From the NCBI GenBank assembly GCA_000934665.2, contig KZ538536.1, forward strand, positions 1 to 63,447: a stretch of DNA of 63,447 nt, read 5' to 3'. Position numbers and translations under genes: made by a program. The notes beneath the pieces were generated by a model. It was not told the DNA's origin, ran no database searches, and saw only the letters and a list, made by a program, of their open reading frames with translations. This document shows, piece by piece, positions 1-12,436 of this stretch (the first letter of the stretch is position 1; each line of letters begins with the position of its first letter). Source of the DNA: Catajapyx aquilonaris. Lineage: Eukaryota.

Positions 1-163
1 ACGTTGCTTCCTGCTCCCGCCGGCCGGTATACGGCTCCGCCAATCAGGAGCCTCACACCTTCCCGCCAAACATTTCCGCCTACATTACCGTTTCCCCATC
101 ACTGCACATGCGCACAGTCCGCCAATGACTCCCAGCCATTCCAAAAATCTGATCAATCAGCTG

Positions 164-343
164 GCAGGTACTGGATCGTGTAAATTCCAATCCTAGGTTT
201 TACACTGCGCCATGTGTATGTGCACTCCTGCTGCCTGCTTGGTCGTAATTATAGCAGGTACTGGATCGTGTAAATTCCAATCCTAGGTTTTACACTGCGC
301 CATGTGTATGTGCACTCCTGCTGCCTGGTTGGTCGTAATTATA
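164..343. repeat. 90-bp tandem duplication (2 near-identical copies)
   Basis: 164-253 and 254-343 both read gcaggtactggatcgtg...ggtcgtaattata, with one visible mismatch. Confidence 0.95.
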
Positions 344-1198
344 CTGTCTGGTGTGGCTGGACCATTAGGACGCAAGAGGACTGTAAAGTGTCTGGATCCT
401 GCAACGAGGTGTAAATAGGGTAGAGGCCGTAAAGGTAATCTGTGCCGCTTTTATTAATTTTAGTGCGTCATAAAATATCAAACTCGTTTCCCTTCCAATT
501 AGTGGCAACAAGATTTATTCACTCAAAGTTGCTCCGAAAAACGCGGGGAAATTATCAGGCAGCTAATATTGACAGCTAATGTCCAATCACACCAATAACT
601 GTTCAGAGGTTATTGCACACCAAACGGGGGACTTTGGACGTGACGTCACCGACTGTCCCGTTTATTAACCAGCAGCTGAGGAGTGACGTCATATGACCCG
701 CTTGCACACATAATTACCAAATTTACAAGTAATCCTCCTCCTTATCCGCTGGCAACGCCAGGATTTTGGGATAAAGCCGCGTGAAGGATGATGATGAACT
801 AATTGTAGGGACGATAGTCCCTATAAGTAAGATCCTCGTGCAAAAACAACAATGAAAATTTTCCTTGTTGTTGTTGTTGTTGTAGTTCAGAGGACGTTTT
901 TCTGTCAAGCATATCTCAAAACCCGTTGCAAGTACAGCCTTCATATTTTGAACACGTATCCGGCCCGACGTGCTGCAGTGGCCGATCCCCTACACAGAAA
1001 ACCCAAGGACGTAATAGAACCCCGAAATAAAATTATAATTGAATAATTCATTATGAGCAGCGATGCGTGTAACTGGAATCCATGTGTGACAATAGTCACA
1101 CATTATTTAGAATATTATTTTGTGTAAATATCATCTCTACACTTTATGCGGAATTACGTACGCTAACTGCTTAAATAAATATATGCCTTACCTTATTT

Positions 1199-1916
1199 GA
1201 ATCGGTTTTAGGAAAAAGGATGTAAGTCACAAAATTGCGATTTTCAGGTTATTCGTCGATGGTATAGTACAACGCAAGGGGCATCTTTTGGTATAGGAAC
1301 GATGTCAGTCAGGCCAGCCATGCACGAATAGCAGCATGTTCTCATTTCATGATTCTTGGAATAACGCCCTAAGTCAGTGACTAACCCCCTTCCTCCCAGA
1401 AATGAAGTATAAATTCAAGCTTCAGAAGTGCGCAGAGGTTAGCTTGCCAACAAACCAAGCATATGACTGTACAGGCGTGCCAATAGATGCCAAAAAAATG
1501 CAAGACATAGGCAAACTCATGCAATACATTCCATCAGAGCACATGTCGTTTTATGACGACATATTGCAATGGAAAACTTCTGATGATGATGCTGATGGTC
1601 ATGGTAGCTAAATTCAGCTATTATGGGTAGCCCAGATTCATGCAGTGGGGACTATTTTGCTCATGTGTGAGAGGAAGCTCTTTCCATATGTCTGAAATCT
1701 GTAGGAACGGTGTAAGTCACTATCTATTTTACTTCATAGTGCCTTTCAGAACATATTATTCAGAACTATATTCATACGTAGACATCACCTTCATGTCAGG
1801 AATGAACTGGTAAACATTCACTGCTGTAGCTTTTGTAGATTTTGAATAAACAGTTTTTTGTCATTCTCCAAAAGTTGTATTTTTGTGACTTACATCCTTT
1901 TTCCTAAAACCGATTC
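1199..1916 (+). mobile_element. Non-autonomous DNA transposon, Sola1-like, carrying a transposase C-terminal remnant
   Basis: 36-bp TIRs GAATCGGTTTTAGGAAAAAGGATGTAAGTCACAAAA at 1199-1234 and inverted ending at 1916. 4-bp TSD ATTT at 1195-1198 and 1917-1920 fits the AWWT TSD of Sola1. Internal ORF 1402-1611 (PIDAKKMQDIGKLMQYIPSEHMSFY) resembles a transposase C-terminus. The superfamily call is inferred. Confidence 0.75.
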
Positions 1917-2223
1917 ATTTTCATTACATTATTATTAAATAAACATTTTATTCATTCAACTTGCTATTATATTTCATTCAGTTTCCACGGTATCCTCCTT
2001 AGGTCAACAATTGAGTGACTCGATTATGACTGTGTTGTTGCCAACCATCAAATATTATTGAATTTGTCTTAGATACGATAACTCTATCATGTTCGTATGA
2101 ATTCCATTCGATCTTCGTGTCATCAGTCCTCCTGCACCCTTCAACCACTTAAACTAACTAAACTGAAACTATCTTGGTTTTGGTAAGTTAATGCATTTAT
2201 AATCCACGCAGGCTTCGTAACCC

Positions 2224-2371
2224 CACTTGGGTAATCACTTCGGTACTCCAGTGTACACCTGGGAGTGGTACTCCCTGGTACTCCTCAGGCACCTCACTCT
2301 TTATTACTCCGTGGTACTCCTTGAATTTGATACTCCAGTGTACACTTTTCAGTCGAGTGATTACCCCCTTG
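2224..2371 (-). mobile_element. 148-bp MITE, family A (CAAGGGGGTAATCACT TIR, 8-bp TSD; P- or hAT-like)
   Basis: Reverse-complement copy of 32197-32344, same length. One TIR is decayed. TSD cgtaaccc/cgtaaacc. Confidence 0.85.
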
Positions 2372-2892
2372 CGTAAACCCCTGCGGTTCGTCCTTGCCGG
2401 TATACGTAGCCCAACCAGTATAAGACTTGGTGTTGCCCCCTTTCTCCTCCCGCTGATTCGAACGGCAACCCTTACCACATAGGCATACGACGCCCGTATG
2501 ATATATGACTTTAGTGTTATTCTCACTCCCAATAACAGACTTTCTTCCCTTTCTCTCACCATCATGTACCAGGATGATGAGAGAGGCCGTGATCTTATTT
2601 CTTGTCCCTGCAATACTAGAGTAGTATTTTGAGGAGACTTGTGTCCACATGGGAAAGTGATTGAGTGAGCATGGGTATAGGACCCGAACAACGCGACCAC
2701 CTCCACGTGGTGGGTCTTGGGTACAGCCGGGTAGCGAATAATCACTTCTAACCACCTTATACATTTGAGAACTTAGACAGATGTCATGAAGAAGGGACTT
2801 GTGATAATGAAATTTGGTCGGAAAGAAATTAACCAAGCAACCACCTATAAGCAGCCATCTTTCACAAGATAAAACTAATCAGAAATCATCTT

Positions 2893-3205
2893 TCTCCTCT
2901 CAACTGTGTACGAACCTTAACCCCTTCCAAAAAAAATCTTTCCGACGCCCAAGAGGTAAGGATCCGCTCCTCTCTCTGTACCAGGACAATTCCCACCATG
3001 CCTTTTCTAGGTCCAGAACTTATATGACAAAAGTCGTTGAGACTCTCAACACTTCCTGACAATCCTGCCTGCCACCTCAACATCTCCATAAACTCTATCT
3101 CCACTCTCCTCTCAACTGTGTACGAACCTTAATAAAACCGACCAAGAAAATATTCTCCCCGCCCAAGATGTAAGTATCCGCTCCTCTCTCTATACCAGAG
3201 TTTCC
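2893..3205. repeat. Imperfect ~100-bp direct repeat, 212-bp period
   Basis: tctcctctcaactgtgtacgaaccttaa...gcccaaga.gtaag.atccgctcctctctct starts at 2893 and again at 3105. Confidence 0.8.
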
Positions 3206-3934
3206 CAAACTGTGCTCCACGAAGCTTCTCCAAGTGCTCCACGAGGAGGGTGGGGAGGAAATGAATTCTTCAATAAGCTATATACCCATTTAAATCTCTC
3301 AGTAGCTGCCGTGACCGTGAACCCAAATTTTTTCGCCTGCGGCGCCCTTTTGTCCCTCGACTTCCCATTTACTGATTTGGCGCCCCCCCCCCTCCCCCCT
3401 CAGAATTTTTTTATGCTTACGCCGTCGATGACGTTAGTGCTCCGTCACGAATATCTCTGATGAAAAGTGCTGCGCGACTCAAAAAGTTTGGGAACCTCTG
3501 CTTTATACCATCCTATGAGTATAACTGCATGTTCAGGTTGCTTTGTCAAAAAATAGCTGCAATTATCACAAAAACTAATTCCCTACGGAATTGTAAAAAA
3601 AAAGGAAAGTAAGATCCAAGTAACGGATAGAAATTACTGAAACAAGACTGGGCTGCGTAAGATCTTCAACCTTATGGATAAATGTAACCCAGAGATCTTA
3701 CTTCCGCATTTTACACAATAATTAGATTTGTATCATGGTGATGATCAAAGCGTCATTGTTCATCAAGGTTTGTGCAATTTGGGATTATTTTATGCTTATA
3801 ATAATAATATAATATAATAAAAAATAATAATATGATAATAAGAATAAACCATAAAAATAAAAAATGTTATTAATTGGTTCATCGATTAGCTGAGTGGCTG
3901 GAAGGCTAAATGTTTCACATTATAATAATTCACA

Positions 3935-4205
3935 TATAATAATATAATATGTAATATAATATATAATATGATATGATATAATATGTAATATAATATATAA
4001 TATATGATATAATATGTAATATAATATATAATATGATATGATATAATATGTAATATAATATATAATATGATATGATATAATATGTAATATAATATATGAT
4101 ATGATATGATATAATATGTAATATAATATAATATGTAATATAATATATAATATGTAATATAATATATAATACAATATAATATACGATATGTAATATAATA
4201 TGTAA
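3935..4205. repeat. AT-rich pentamer microsatellite (ATATA/ATATG/ATGTA)
   Basis: Directly visible. It generates the spurious Y/I-rich ORF 3920-4237. Confidence 0.95.
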
Positions 4206-4508
4206 TCTCTATCTCTATAAATAAGGAAGTTTGTCAATTTGTCAATTTGTCAGTTTGTTTGTCCCTTATAGAAATCCGGGGGAAGGCCCCTACACCGCCT
4301 TAAATTAGCATATCGGGAGTTACATTTTTCAAGGAATTTAATGCCGCATGTTTCAGCTTCCGAAAATGTACCTAACACCCATAACACGCATATTCCCAAT
4401 TAACCAATTGCCAATTACCTATTTAACAATATTCATAGATTTCCATGGTAATGCCCTCATTACATTGTAGGCCTACCACCATAACTTACCCGGGCAACGC
4501 CGGGTAAC
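4206..4508 (+). mobile_element. Non-autonomous Helitron, short form, lacking the last 7 nt
   Basis: Begins A|TCTCTATCTCTATAAATAAGG and has the 3' hairpin CCCGGGCAACGCCGGG, but the terminal CTGCTAG is absent. Confidence 0.8.
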
Positions 4509-4603
4509 ATTCAAGCTACTCAGTAAATCGATGAACAAATTAATTAATTCAAAAATTATATTTATCCTTTATCCTTATTAAATATATTATATTATATTAC
4601 ATA

Positions 4604-4913
4604 CTAGCAGGTTACCCGGCGTTGTCCGGGTAAGTTATGGTGGTAGGCCTACAATGTAATGAGGGCATTACCATGGAAATCTATGAATATTGTTAAATAG
4701 GTAATTGGCAATTGGTTAATTGGGAATATGCGTGTTATGGGTGTTAGGTACATTTTCGGAAGCTGAAACATGCGGCATTAAATTCCTTGAAAAATGTAAC
4801 TCCCGATATGCTAATTTAAGGCGGTGTAGGGGCCTTCCCCCGGATTTCTATAAGGGACAAACAAACTGACAAATTGACAAATTGACAAACTTCCTTATTT
4901 ATAGAGATAGAGA
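4604..4913 (-). mobile_element. Non-autonomous Helitron, short form, complete (310 bp)
   Basis: On the minus strand: 5' TC after A, subterminal hairpin, 3' CTAG followed by T, and no TSD. These are canonical Helitron termini. Confidence 0.88.
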
Positions 4914-5314
4914 TAAAGGATAAATATAATCCTTGAATTAATTAATTTGTTCATCGATTTACTGAGTAGCTTGAATGTTTAATGGTCCACAGATTGGCTT
5001 ATTAGCATTAGAATGGCTGATGGACAAAGACGCTTTGATCATCACCATGATACAAATCTAATTATTGTGTAAAATGCGGAAGTAAGATCTCTGGGTTACA
5101 TTTATCCATAAGGTTGAAGATCTTTACGCAGCCCAGTCTTGTTTCAGTAATTTCTATCCGTTACTTGGATCTTACTTTCCTTTTTTTTACTATTCCGTAG
5201 GGAATTAGTTTTTGTGATAATTAATAATAAAATTGATGAGACTGTTGTTTGTGGGGCGCGCTCATTGTTGTTGGTTGATTGGCTGGTTGGTAGGTTGGTT
5301 GATTGTTGCAGGTG

Positions 5315-5540
5315 TGGTATTTGTCATGCTTCATTGGTGACTCCGTTGACGACATACTCCACGTTATTGTTGCCAGCCCTGTAGTGGTGGTCCTGGATTT
5401 GTCTTGCTTCATTGGTCACTCCGTTGACGACATACTCCACGACGTTATTGTTGCCAGCCCTGTAGTGGTGATCCTGGTATTTGTCATGCTTCATTGGTCA
5501 CTCGTCCGTTGACGACGAACTCCAGGTTATTATTTCCAGC
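5315..5540. repeat. ~80-bp minisatellite, about 3 units
   Basis: Repeated unit tttgtcatgcttcattggtcactccgttgacgacatactccacgttattgttgccagccctgtagtggtg. Confidence 0.85.
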
Positions 5541-5581
5541 TCTCTAGCGGTGCTGGGTAAGTGGGTAGGCCCGGGCGGGAA

Positions 5582-5666
5582 CGCGTAGCGCCGAAGGCGC
5601 GCCAATTGGGGCGCAGCCCCAAGGGGGGGTGTGGGGGGGCGGAGCCCCCCCGCCTCGCAAAGCGAG
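5582..5666 (+). other. Cluster of five GC-rich triloop mini-hairpins
   Basis: cgc-GTA-gcg (5582-5590), gcgcc-GAA-ggcgc (5588-5600), ggggc-GCA-gcccc (5608-5620), gggggggc-GGA-gccccccc (5633-5651), ctcgc-AAA-gcgag (5654-5666). Confidence 0.85.
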
Positions 5667-6837
5667 TCAATATTATAAACATTGGTGTATGTAATATAGG
5701 CCAACCTTTAATTTAACGCGCTGTTGGACAATTTGAAATAATTGCATTGCAGTATTTATTTTTATGTCAGTTAACTTATGTTCACTATTGAGAACTGCGT
5801 ACATATAAAAACGGTGATTGAATAAATGCCAGTTACTTCGAAATGGAATGAACCAATTAATCAGCAAAAATTACTGTATTTTTCTTTGGGGCTTATAAAA
5901 TTACTGCATTGTTATGATGAAAGGAAGAGAGTAAAGGAAGTTATTGGTAGGGAGAGTGGGGCTGGTCGGACCGTGGGGCAGGTTGAACCATGTGCGTTTT
6001 CTTGGTTTCAAATTTGCTGACCAACAGCAATTTCCGGTCATCGGTGGTAAAACACACCACCTTTGCATAAGTGAATGGCCGGTGGAGTGCGCTCGAAGCT
6101 GCCTAAGTAATCGGCGCTTTTGTGTTTTTGGAGCAGGTGAGTAAGATTTTTCATACTTTAATTTTTTGTTCTGAGCCTCAGGATATACATCACAAACTAT
6201 TGAGTCATACGATATCAATCGAAAGCTGCGTTTTAGAGGAGGTAACAGTACGACTAGGCTTGACTGCCTGGATATGGTAAAGACTCCTCCTTGCGGAAGA
6301 ATGTGAAATATATGCTGTGGGGCAGGTCGTACCATTATGGGGTGCGGTCGCCATGGGGCGGTAGAGGGAAGAACTCGTGTCTGCTGCTGCTAAGAGAATG
6401 TTGAAGTGTTAATGAATGTCCCATCAAAATGGTGCTGTTGCCCTTCAGCTGCTTGATTAGCACAGTCGCAATGCATCATGGTCGTGACATCTCACAGGCT
6501 CGCCGTCAGTACAGATGGATCAGGTCTGTACATAGCGGACCAATTGTCCATAGAGCTACCCAAACAGGACACTGCCATGAAAACGACTGTACTGGTTTCA
6601 CTTTCACTTTAGATAACAAAACCCAGGGCAGCATAAAAAGTTCGGTCGTCTATAAAAAAGGACTTTGACTCCATCCCCATATGATCCAGGATAGGAGTCG
6701 GTAATACATGTCACGTAACAAAAAGGGAAATTAATCCATATCCGTTAATTCAGATGCACTTATGCGGCTGTTCACACTGATGAGAAGTCCTGGTTCCATG
6801 GCAGAATTTTCAGGCAGGAACTTCCCCATCATCTTCT

Positions 6838-7197
6838 TCATAAAAACGAGTCGTACACAGCATAGTCGTAATTAGACTGTTTGTATACATTACTCGGCTG
6901 TTCGTAGGCGTAACTCGGCTGTTCGTACTTGTAACTGGGCTGCTCGTAGTCGTAACTCGGCTGCTTGTAGGCGTAACTGGGCTTCCCGTAGACGTAACAA
7001 GGTTGCTCGTGCTCGTAACAAGGCTGCTTGTAGTCGTAACAGGGCTGCTCGTAGCTCTGCTCGTACATCTGCCCGTAGCCGTATTTGCAAATATATTCTC
7101 TTACACACTGGATGGCATATATTTGGTCGGAGACACAATAGGATTTAGTGCTCCTATAAGGAAAAGGGGGTAGAGCTCCTCGATGAAGGATGCACAA
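6838..7197 (-). other. ORF containing a 21-nt tandem repeat that encodes Tyr-rich heptads (YEQPSYx)
   Basis: About 10 heptads (YEQSYEQPCYDYKQPCYEHEQPCYVYGKPSYAYKQPSYDYEQPSYK...) at ~6860-7070. Coding status is unproven; no signal peptide is seen. Confidence 0.4.
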
Positions 7198-8391
7198 TGG
7201 AGGTTTTCATTTAAGGGATACAAGGTTAGGGAATACATCTCACACAGGAGACAAAGAGCTGTTACACTCGAAAGGATGAGGGAGAAATGAGCTACACATG
7301 GTAGTCAAAATGGTGCCCCAAACACCGTGCATTTCGGACCGGTATTTATGGCCGAAAAATGGGGTTTACATGGGAAGGAATGAAGGAAACACCCAAAAGT
7401 CAACAGTGCTGATCAAAGAAGTCTTTAACGGACATGACCGTCCCGCAACAGCGAGGGCCAAGCCGACCATGTTGTCTTAGCCACCGTAAAACGGCATCCC
7501 ACTTCTGAGACCACGTATGTGACCGAGCGGGGAGGTGAAGGGGATACGTAAAGACGTAAAATAGACTCTGACAACTTTAATTATGATCAGCTTGGGTGTG
7601 TGGTAAACAAGGTGGGTAAAGGTATGTTTAACGACCAAGGGCATAACCCCAGTCGGGTAGTCGGCCCAAGGAGGGAACCGACTGACCATGAGACTCCAAC
7701 AGGGGCTAGCTTGAATACCAGAGAGACAGGTGCATGATGGGAGAAATTTACATATGCATGAATCTTATGACGTTATGAGTAAAATGTACAATGAGTAAAA
7801 TGCACCGGTCACAAAGGAATCAGTAATGTGACTGGGTGTTTACTATCGTCATTAATTTTCTACTACGTTATCGACTACAATCATGTCAGTCTCGCAAAAA
7901 ACTATAACCTTGCCCACATTCTGATGTTTGGAGAGCATTCAATCTTCGACAAGCATGTCGCAATCACTGCCATTGGCATACTATATCATTATGTTGTTCA
8001 TTTGCTCCATGCAGGCTCCGGTTTCAATATTGTCTCCAATCGACAGGGTTTGATTGAATTCAACGTGCAATATTGCCTCACATATAACATTGATTGATTG
8101 CATGGATTTAAAATAATACTATAGGTTGACAATAGAGAACTGCCAAGGTAAACTCTGAAATTGGGATTGAGTAAAATGTAAGTGACAATTTCATAAATGC
8201 ATAAAAAGTACAATAGAATTTTGTGTGTATCTGTGTGAAATTAAAGTATAATTATGATAAGAGATAATATTGGTAGATGACTCGCCCATAATGATGACAA
8301 AAATGTCAAACGTTTTTTTGTCGCTATTTTAGCTTAACAAAAACTTACACTATTTCTTGATTACTATGTACGGAGATGTGTCCTATGAGCA

Positions 8392-9710
8392 CTATTCTGA
8401 AGCTCTGAACTGAGCAATGATGATAACATATGTAACTATTGATGACATCATCTGTTGGAAGAAAAAAAGAGTTGTTAACAATAGGTAGAGGAACATGATG
8501 GATAAAATCAGCTATATTTGTAAAACGTTGTTTCCCAGGAGATATTTCACTATATTCTTACCGTAGAAATTATGCTCTTTCTAATGGAGAAAAATCCGGT
8601 AGATATTTCCACCTGATGCAATGTCATCCTGGTTGTGAGGTGACGGATTTGCCTTTGGCCCTGCCAAGTGATGCTGGACAGGTCTATCATGCAAAGATCG
8701 TGCAGGAGGGATGATGCCTATTAAAAGAAAAATGGCATTTAATAATTTATTGCATAACGCCGTCCAATTAAGACAACCTGACAGAGCTCATATACACTTA
8801 CCTGACATGGAAGTTTGTCCATCACCCAAGTGGCGAAAATCACAACCGTGCTCTTGGTAAGCGTCGCAATGATCGCGTATGCCGTAACGGCACTCATGTT
8901 ATTTTCCTTCAATAAATATGACCCAGTGGTAACGACCACTACCACAAAGTGTAGATAAACAACGGCCAGGGCGAAACCGAAGGCGTCGTTCATGCAAGCG
9001 ACCGTCTTGCACAGGTAATCGAATTCACCGCTGAGACGGGTCAAAGGTCGGACATTTGGCCATCCAACTGGGGCCTGGTCCTTGTCCCGCAGAGGAAACG
9101 TGACTTGAAGGGTTTGAATCACTTCTTTCATTTCACGTGTAACTGACTCCAGACGAAGCCTGATCGACTCGGAGAGAAACGCCGCCTGGATGATAGTGGC
9201 TTGAGGAATTATATGGAACAACATGTACGTCAGGATTGTTATCTTATCATTTGTCCGCTGATAGTTTGTCCAGTACGCTAGGGACGCTGATACTTCTTGA
9301 CCCAGAATGACGCCAATTAACGTCACCACATAGGCCCACCCGGCAATCCTTATCTTCCGGTTGACCTCTCCATTCCCTGTGGTTGCCTGGTCAAATTCAT
9401 TCAATTGGGACACCAGGTCACAGGCTGGTTTGAATTTGACTTGGAGAGCGACGTACAACGTGACAACAGTCAAGGTCACACTAATCAACTCGATCATTGC
9501 TACCATTGCAAAAGCTTCACCCGAAGTGTAGTTTCCCCATTTTTGATAACCCACTAGCCAGGCCAGGTTTGCCGCAACAAAGACGATCGGGGGCAACAGA
9601 GTGAGTGTCCAGCTTCTTTTGTATGGACCTCTTCTTGTGTTGGCCACTGGGAATAGTCCCAATGCCCTGAAGGCGAGAAGAGAAGGACGGAGAGAGACGT
9701 ACACGTCCAT
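8392..9710 (-). CDS. Gustatory receptor (7tm_7 family), intact, 374 aa
   Basis: Exons 9710-8802, 8717-8562, 8451-8392 with phase-0 GT-AG introns. Multiple hydrophobic helices; C-terminal TYVIIIAQF matches the GR TYhhhhhQF motif. Confidence 0.92.
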
Positions 9711-10303
9711 TGTTGCGTCCAACTTTGTCTGTCTCTTCCCTTCTACTGGTGATGACATAACGCCATCAATATTGACAAGGTCCAAGGCGTGGCACCCTGC
9801 TCTTCTCATTGGCCTCAATAAGGGTTGAAAAGAATATTGTTAAGCAAACAATCGATCGAAGGTCTTTCCAATAATTTTCTTTGTCAGGGAATTGTGAGGC
9901 GTGGTAGTTAAATCAGCTTTACAGCATAATTATGATACTGTATTTTATAGGAGCCTGATATGTGTACTGTTAACTGCAAAAGTAATAATGTCACCCGGTT
10001 ATGTGATGCCGTCCACGACTTGATGTTTATCCTCCTCCCTCCGAGGGTGCTGCCAGGTGCTGCACAGTTTTTCATTCTTATCTGAAACAATTTGCATTTT
10101 GGTGAATGACTGACTTATCTGCCTATATTATTGTGACAAGTTTCATTCGTCAAATCCATCCGCAGTGTGTGAAGTTCCTTTGTCAGTAGGTGCTATAATT
10201 GTGTAAAAAATATATAAAATAGGCTACCTATCTCTCTTGAATTTACCGCATTATTATGATAAAAGGAACAGTGAGATTATTTGTGTATGATACACCCGCC
10301 CCT

Positions 10304-12318
10304 GGGTAATTCCAGGAGAGTTCAACAAGTGCATAACACCCCACATTTTTTGATATTTTTGAAAATTGGCACACGAGATTCCAACCACTACACTAGTGTA
10401 ATGCGCGATTTTCGGGCGCCTGTGACCAACGGGTCACGTGTGAGGTCAAGGGGAAAAAATTGACGATAGAAAAAAAACGCCACTATATTTCGCTTCATAT
10501 CTCAGGAACTATTTGTTCTATCGCAATGGTTCATGTGTCATTCGAATCCAAATGGACGGGGGATTCATAAAACATGAAATAAAATATTTATTTTAAATAA
10601 TTAACCAAAATATTTGAGAGGTCAAATGTCTGACCTTTTGACCTGGACAGTCTGACAGCATATACGAGTCTGATATTTAGTACAGTATAACAGGGCACCA
10701 TTACGGACATTTTCCTGAAAGATTTGGAATCCGCCTAATTTATGGTTCCGAGAGAAAAAATCCGGAACAGAAGGTATGTACATCGAATTTCATATTTTCC
10801 AACAATTGACCTAATATCCAGCTAATATGACAGCAGCTACGAGTGTCATCTTTGGTACAGTATAACAGGGCCCCACTACAGACATTTTCCCGAAAGATTT
10901 GGAATCCGCCCAATTTTTGATTTTGAGGAAAAAAAACATAAGTCATGTACGTCGAATTTCATATTTTCCAACAATTGACCTAACATCCAGCTAATATGAC
11001 AGCATGTACGAGTTTCACCTTTAGTACAGTATGACAGGGAACCACTACGGACATTTTCCCGAAAGATTTGGAATCCGCCCAATTTTTGATTTTGAGGAAA
11101 AAAACAGAACAGAAGGCATGTACTTCGAATTTCACATTTTCCAACAATTGGCCTAATATCCAACAAATATGACAGCAGCTACGAGTCTGATTTCAACTTA
11201 TGATATCAAAATGCCAATGATCTGCCAAAATCACAAAAATCACTTCCATACATGGACGACTTCCGAAGCACTTCAGTTGTTGAAAAATATGACATCAGTT
11301 CCATGTCCATGTCTTCTATTCTGGTGGCTTTCCCTCGAAATCCAAAATTCTTCAAATGCCACATTTTTCGGAAATATGTCTGTAACGACTCCCTGTTATA
11401 GGTCCCTACCTTACAAATCAGACTCGTAGCTGCTGCCATATTAGCTGGATATTAGGTCAATTGTTGGAAAATGTGAAATTCGAAGTACACATGCCTTCTG
11501 TTGTTTTTTTTCCTCAAAATCAAAAATTGGGCGGATTCCAAATCTTTCGGGAAAATGTCCGTAGTGGTGCCCTGTTATACTGTACCAAAGATTACACTCG
11601 TAGCTGCTGTCATATTAGCTGGATGTTAGGTCAATTGTTGGAAAATATGACATTCGACGTATATGACTTGTTATGTTTTTTTTCCTCAAAATCAAAAATT
11701 GAGCGGATTCCAAATCTTTCGGGAAAATGTCCGTAGTGGGGCCCTGTTATACTGTACCAAAGATGACACTCGTAGCTGCTGTCATATTAGCTGGATATTA
11801 GGTCAATTGTTGGAAAATATGAAATTCGATGTACATACCTTCTGTTCCGGATTTTTTCTCTCGGAACCATAAATTAGGCGGATTCCAAATCTTTCAGGAA
11901 AATGTCCGTAATGGTGCCCTGTTATACTGTACTAAATATCAGACTCGTATATGCTGTCAGACTGTCCAGGTCAAAAGGTCAAACATTTGACCTCTCAAAT
12001 ATTTTGGTTAATTATTTAAAATAAATATTTTATTTCATGTTTTATGAATCCCCAACCATTTGGATTCGAATGACACATGAACCATTGCGATAGAACAAAT
12101 AGTTCCTGAGATATGAAGCGAAATAAAGTGACGGTTTTTTCTATCGTCAATTTTTTCCCCTTGACCTCACACATGACCCGTTGGTCACAGGCGCCCGAAA
12201 ATCGCGCATTACACTAGTATAGTGGTTGTAATCTCGTGTGCCAATTTTCAACAAAATTAAAAAATGTGGGGTGGCATTTTGGGAAATTTTTTGTTGAACT
12301 CTCCTGCTGGACTTACCC
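10304..12318. mobile_element. ~2-kb foldback element with ~880-bp inverted arms containing ~170-176-bp tandem subrepeats; Sola2-like termini
   Basis: The left arm (~10304-11190) mirrors the right arm (~11420-12318). Termini GGGTAATTCCAGGAGAGTTCAACAA / TTGTTGAACTCTCCTGCTGGACTTACCC; flanks ccct/ccca. The subrepeat containing aaagatttggaatccgcc recurs at ~10717, 10893 and 11062. Confidence 0.85.
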
Positions 12319-12436
12319 CCCAATGATGAGAAGTGTGCAATTATTTGCACTGTTAGTTTGAAAATACACCAGAAGTAAAAATTTCCGTATTACTCGTACT
12401 GTACTCGTGTATACTATAATAATTATGGAGTGGTGA

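Larger units (their letters stand above)
3561..5222. mobile_element. Foldback/MITE-like element with ~200-bp terminal inverted repeats
   Basis: 3561-3764 (aattatcacaaaaactaattccctacgg...) is the near-perfect reverse complement of 5019-5222. The interior holds an AT microsatellite and two Helitron copies. Confidence 0.8.

Noticed and set aside
1..510. Possible right part of an LTR ending ...GGCAACA
   Set aside because: No PBS, PPT, second LTR or TSD is visible, and the start is outside the window.
2380..3200. Decayed coding-like minus-strand sequence (FPCGHK...)
   Set aside because: No family could be recognised; part of the ORFs is just MITE sequence. Needs a BLASTX search.
8739..9818. Longer N-termini and read-through C-termini of GR ORFs as given in the ORF track
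   Set aside because: All paralogues align from the caacaATGGACGTGTAC start, and the ORF tails run into introns past conserved GT donors.
10700..11900. Regular ~170-bp repeats and repeated ORFs (FFPQNQKLGGFQIFRENV) as a CRISPR-like array or repeat protein
   Set aside because: The units are contiguous with no unique spacers, are mirrored in the two arms of a foldback TE, and have no cas genes nearby.
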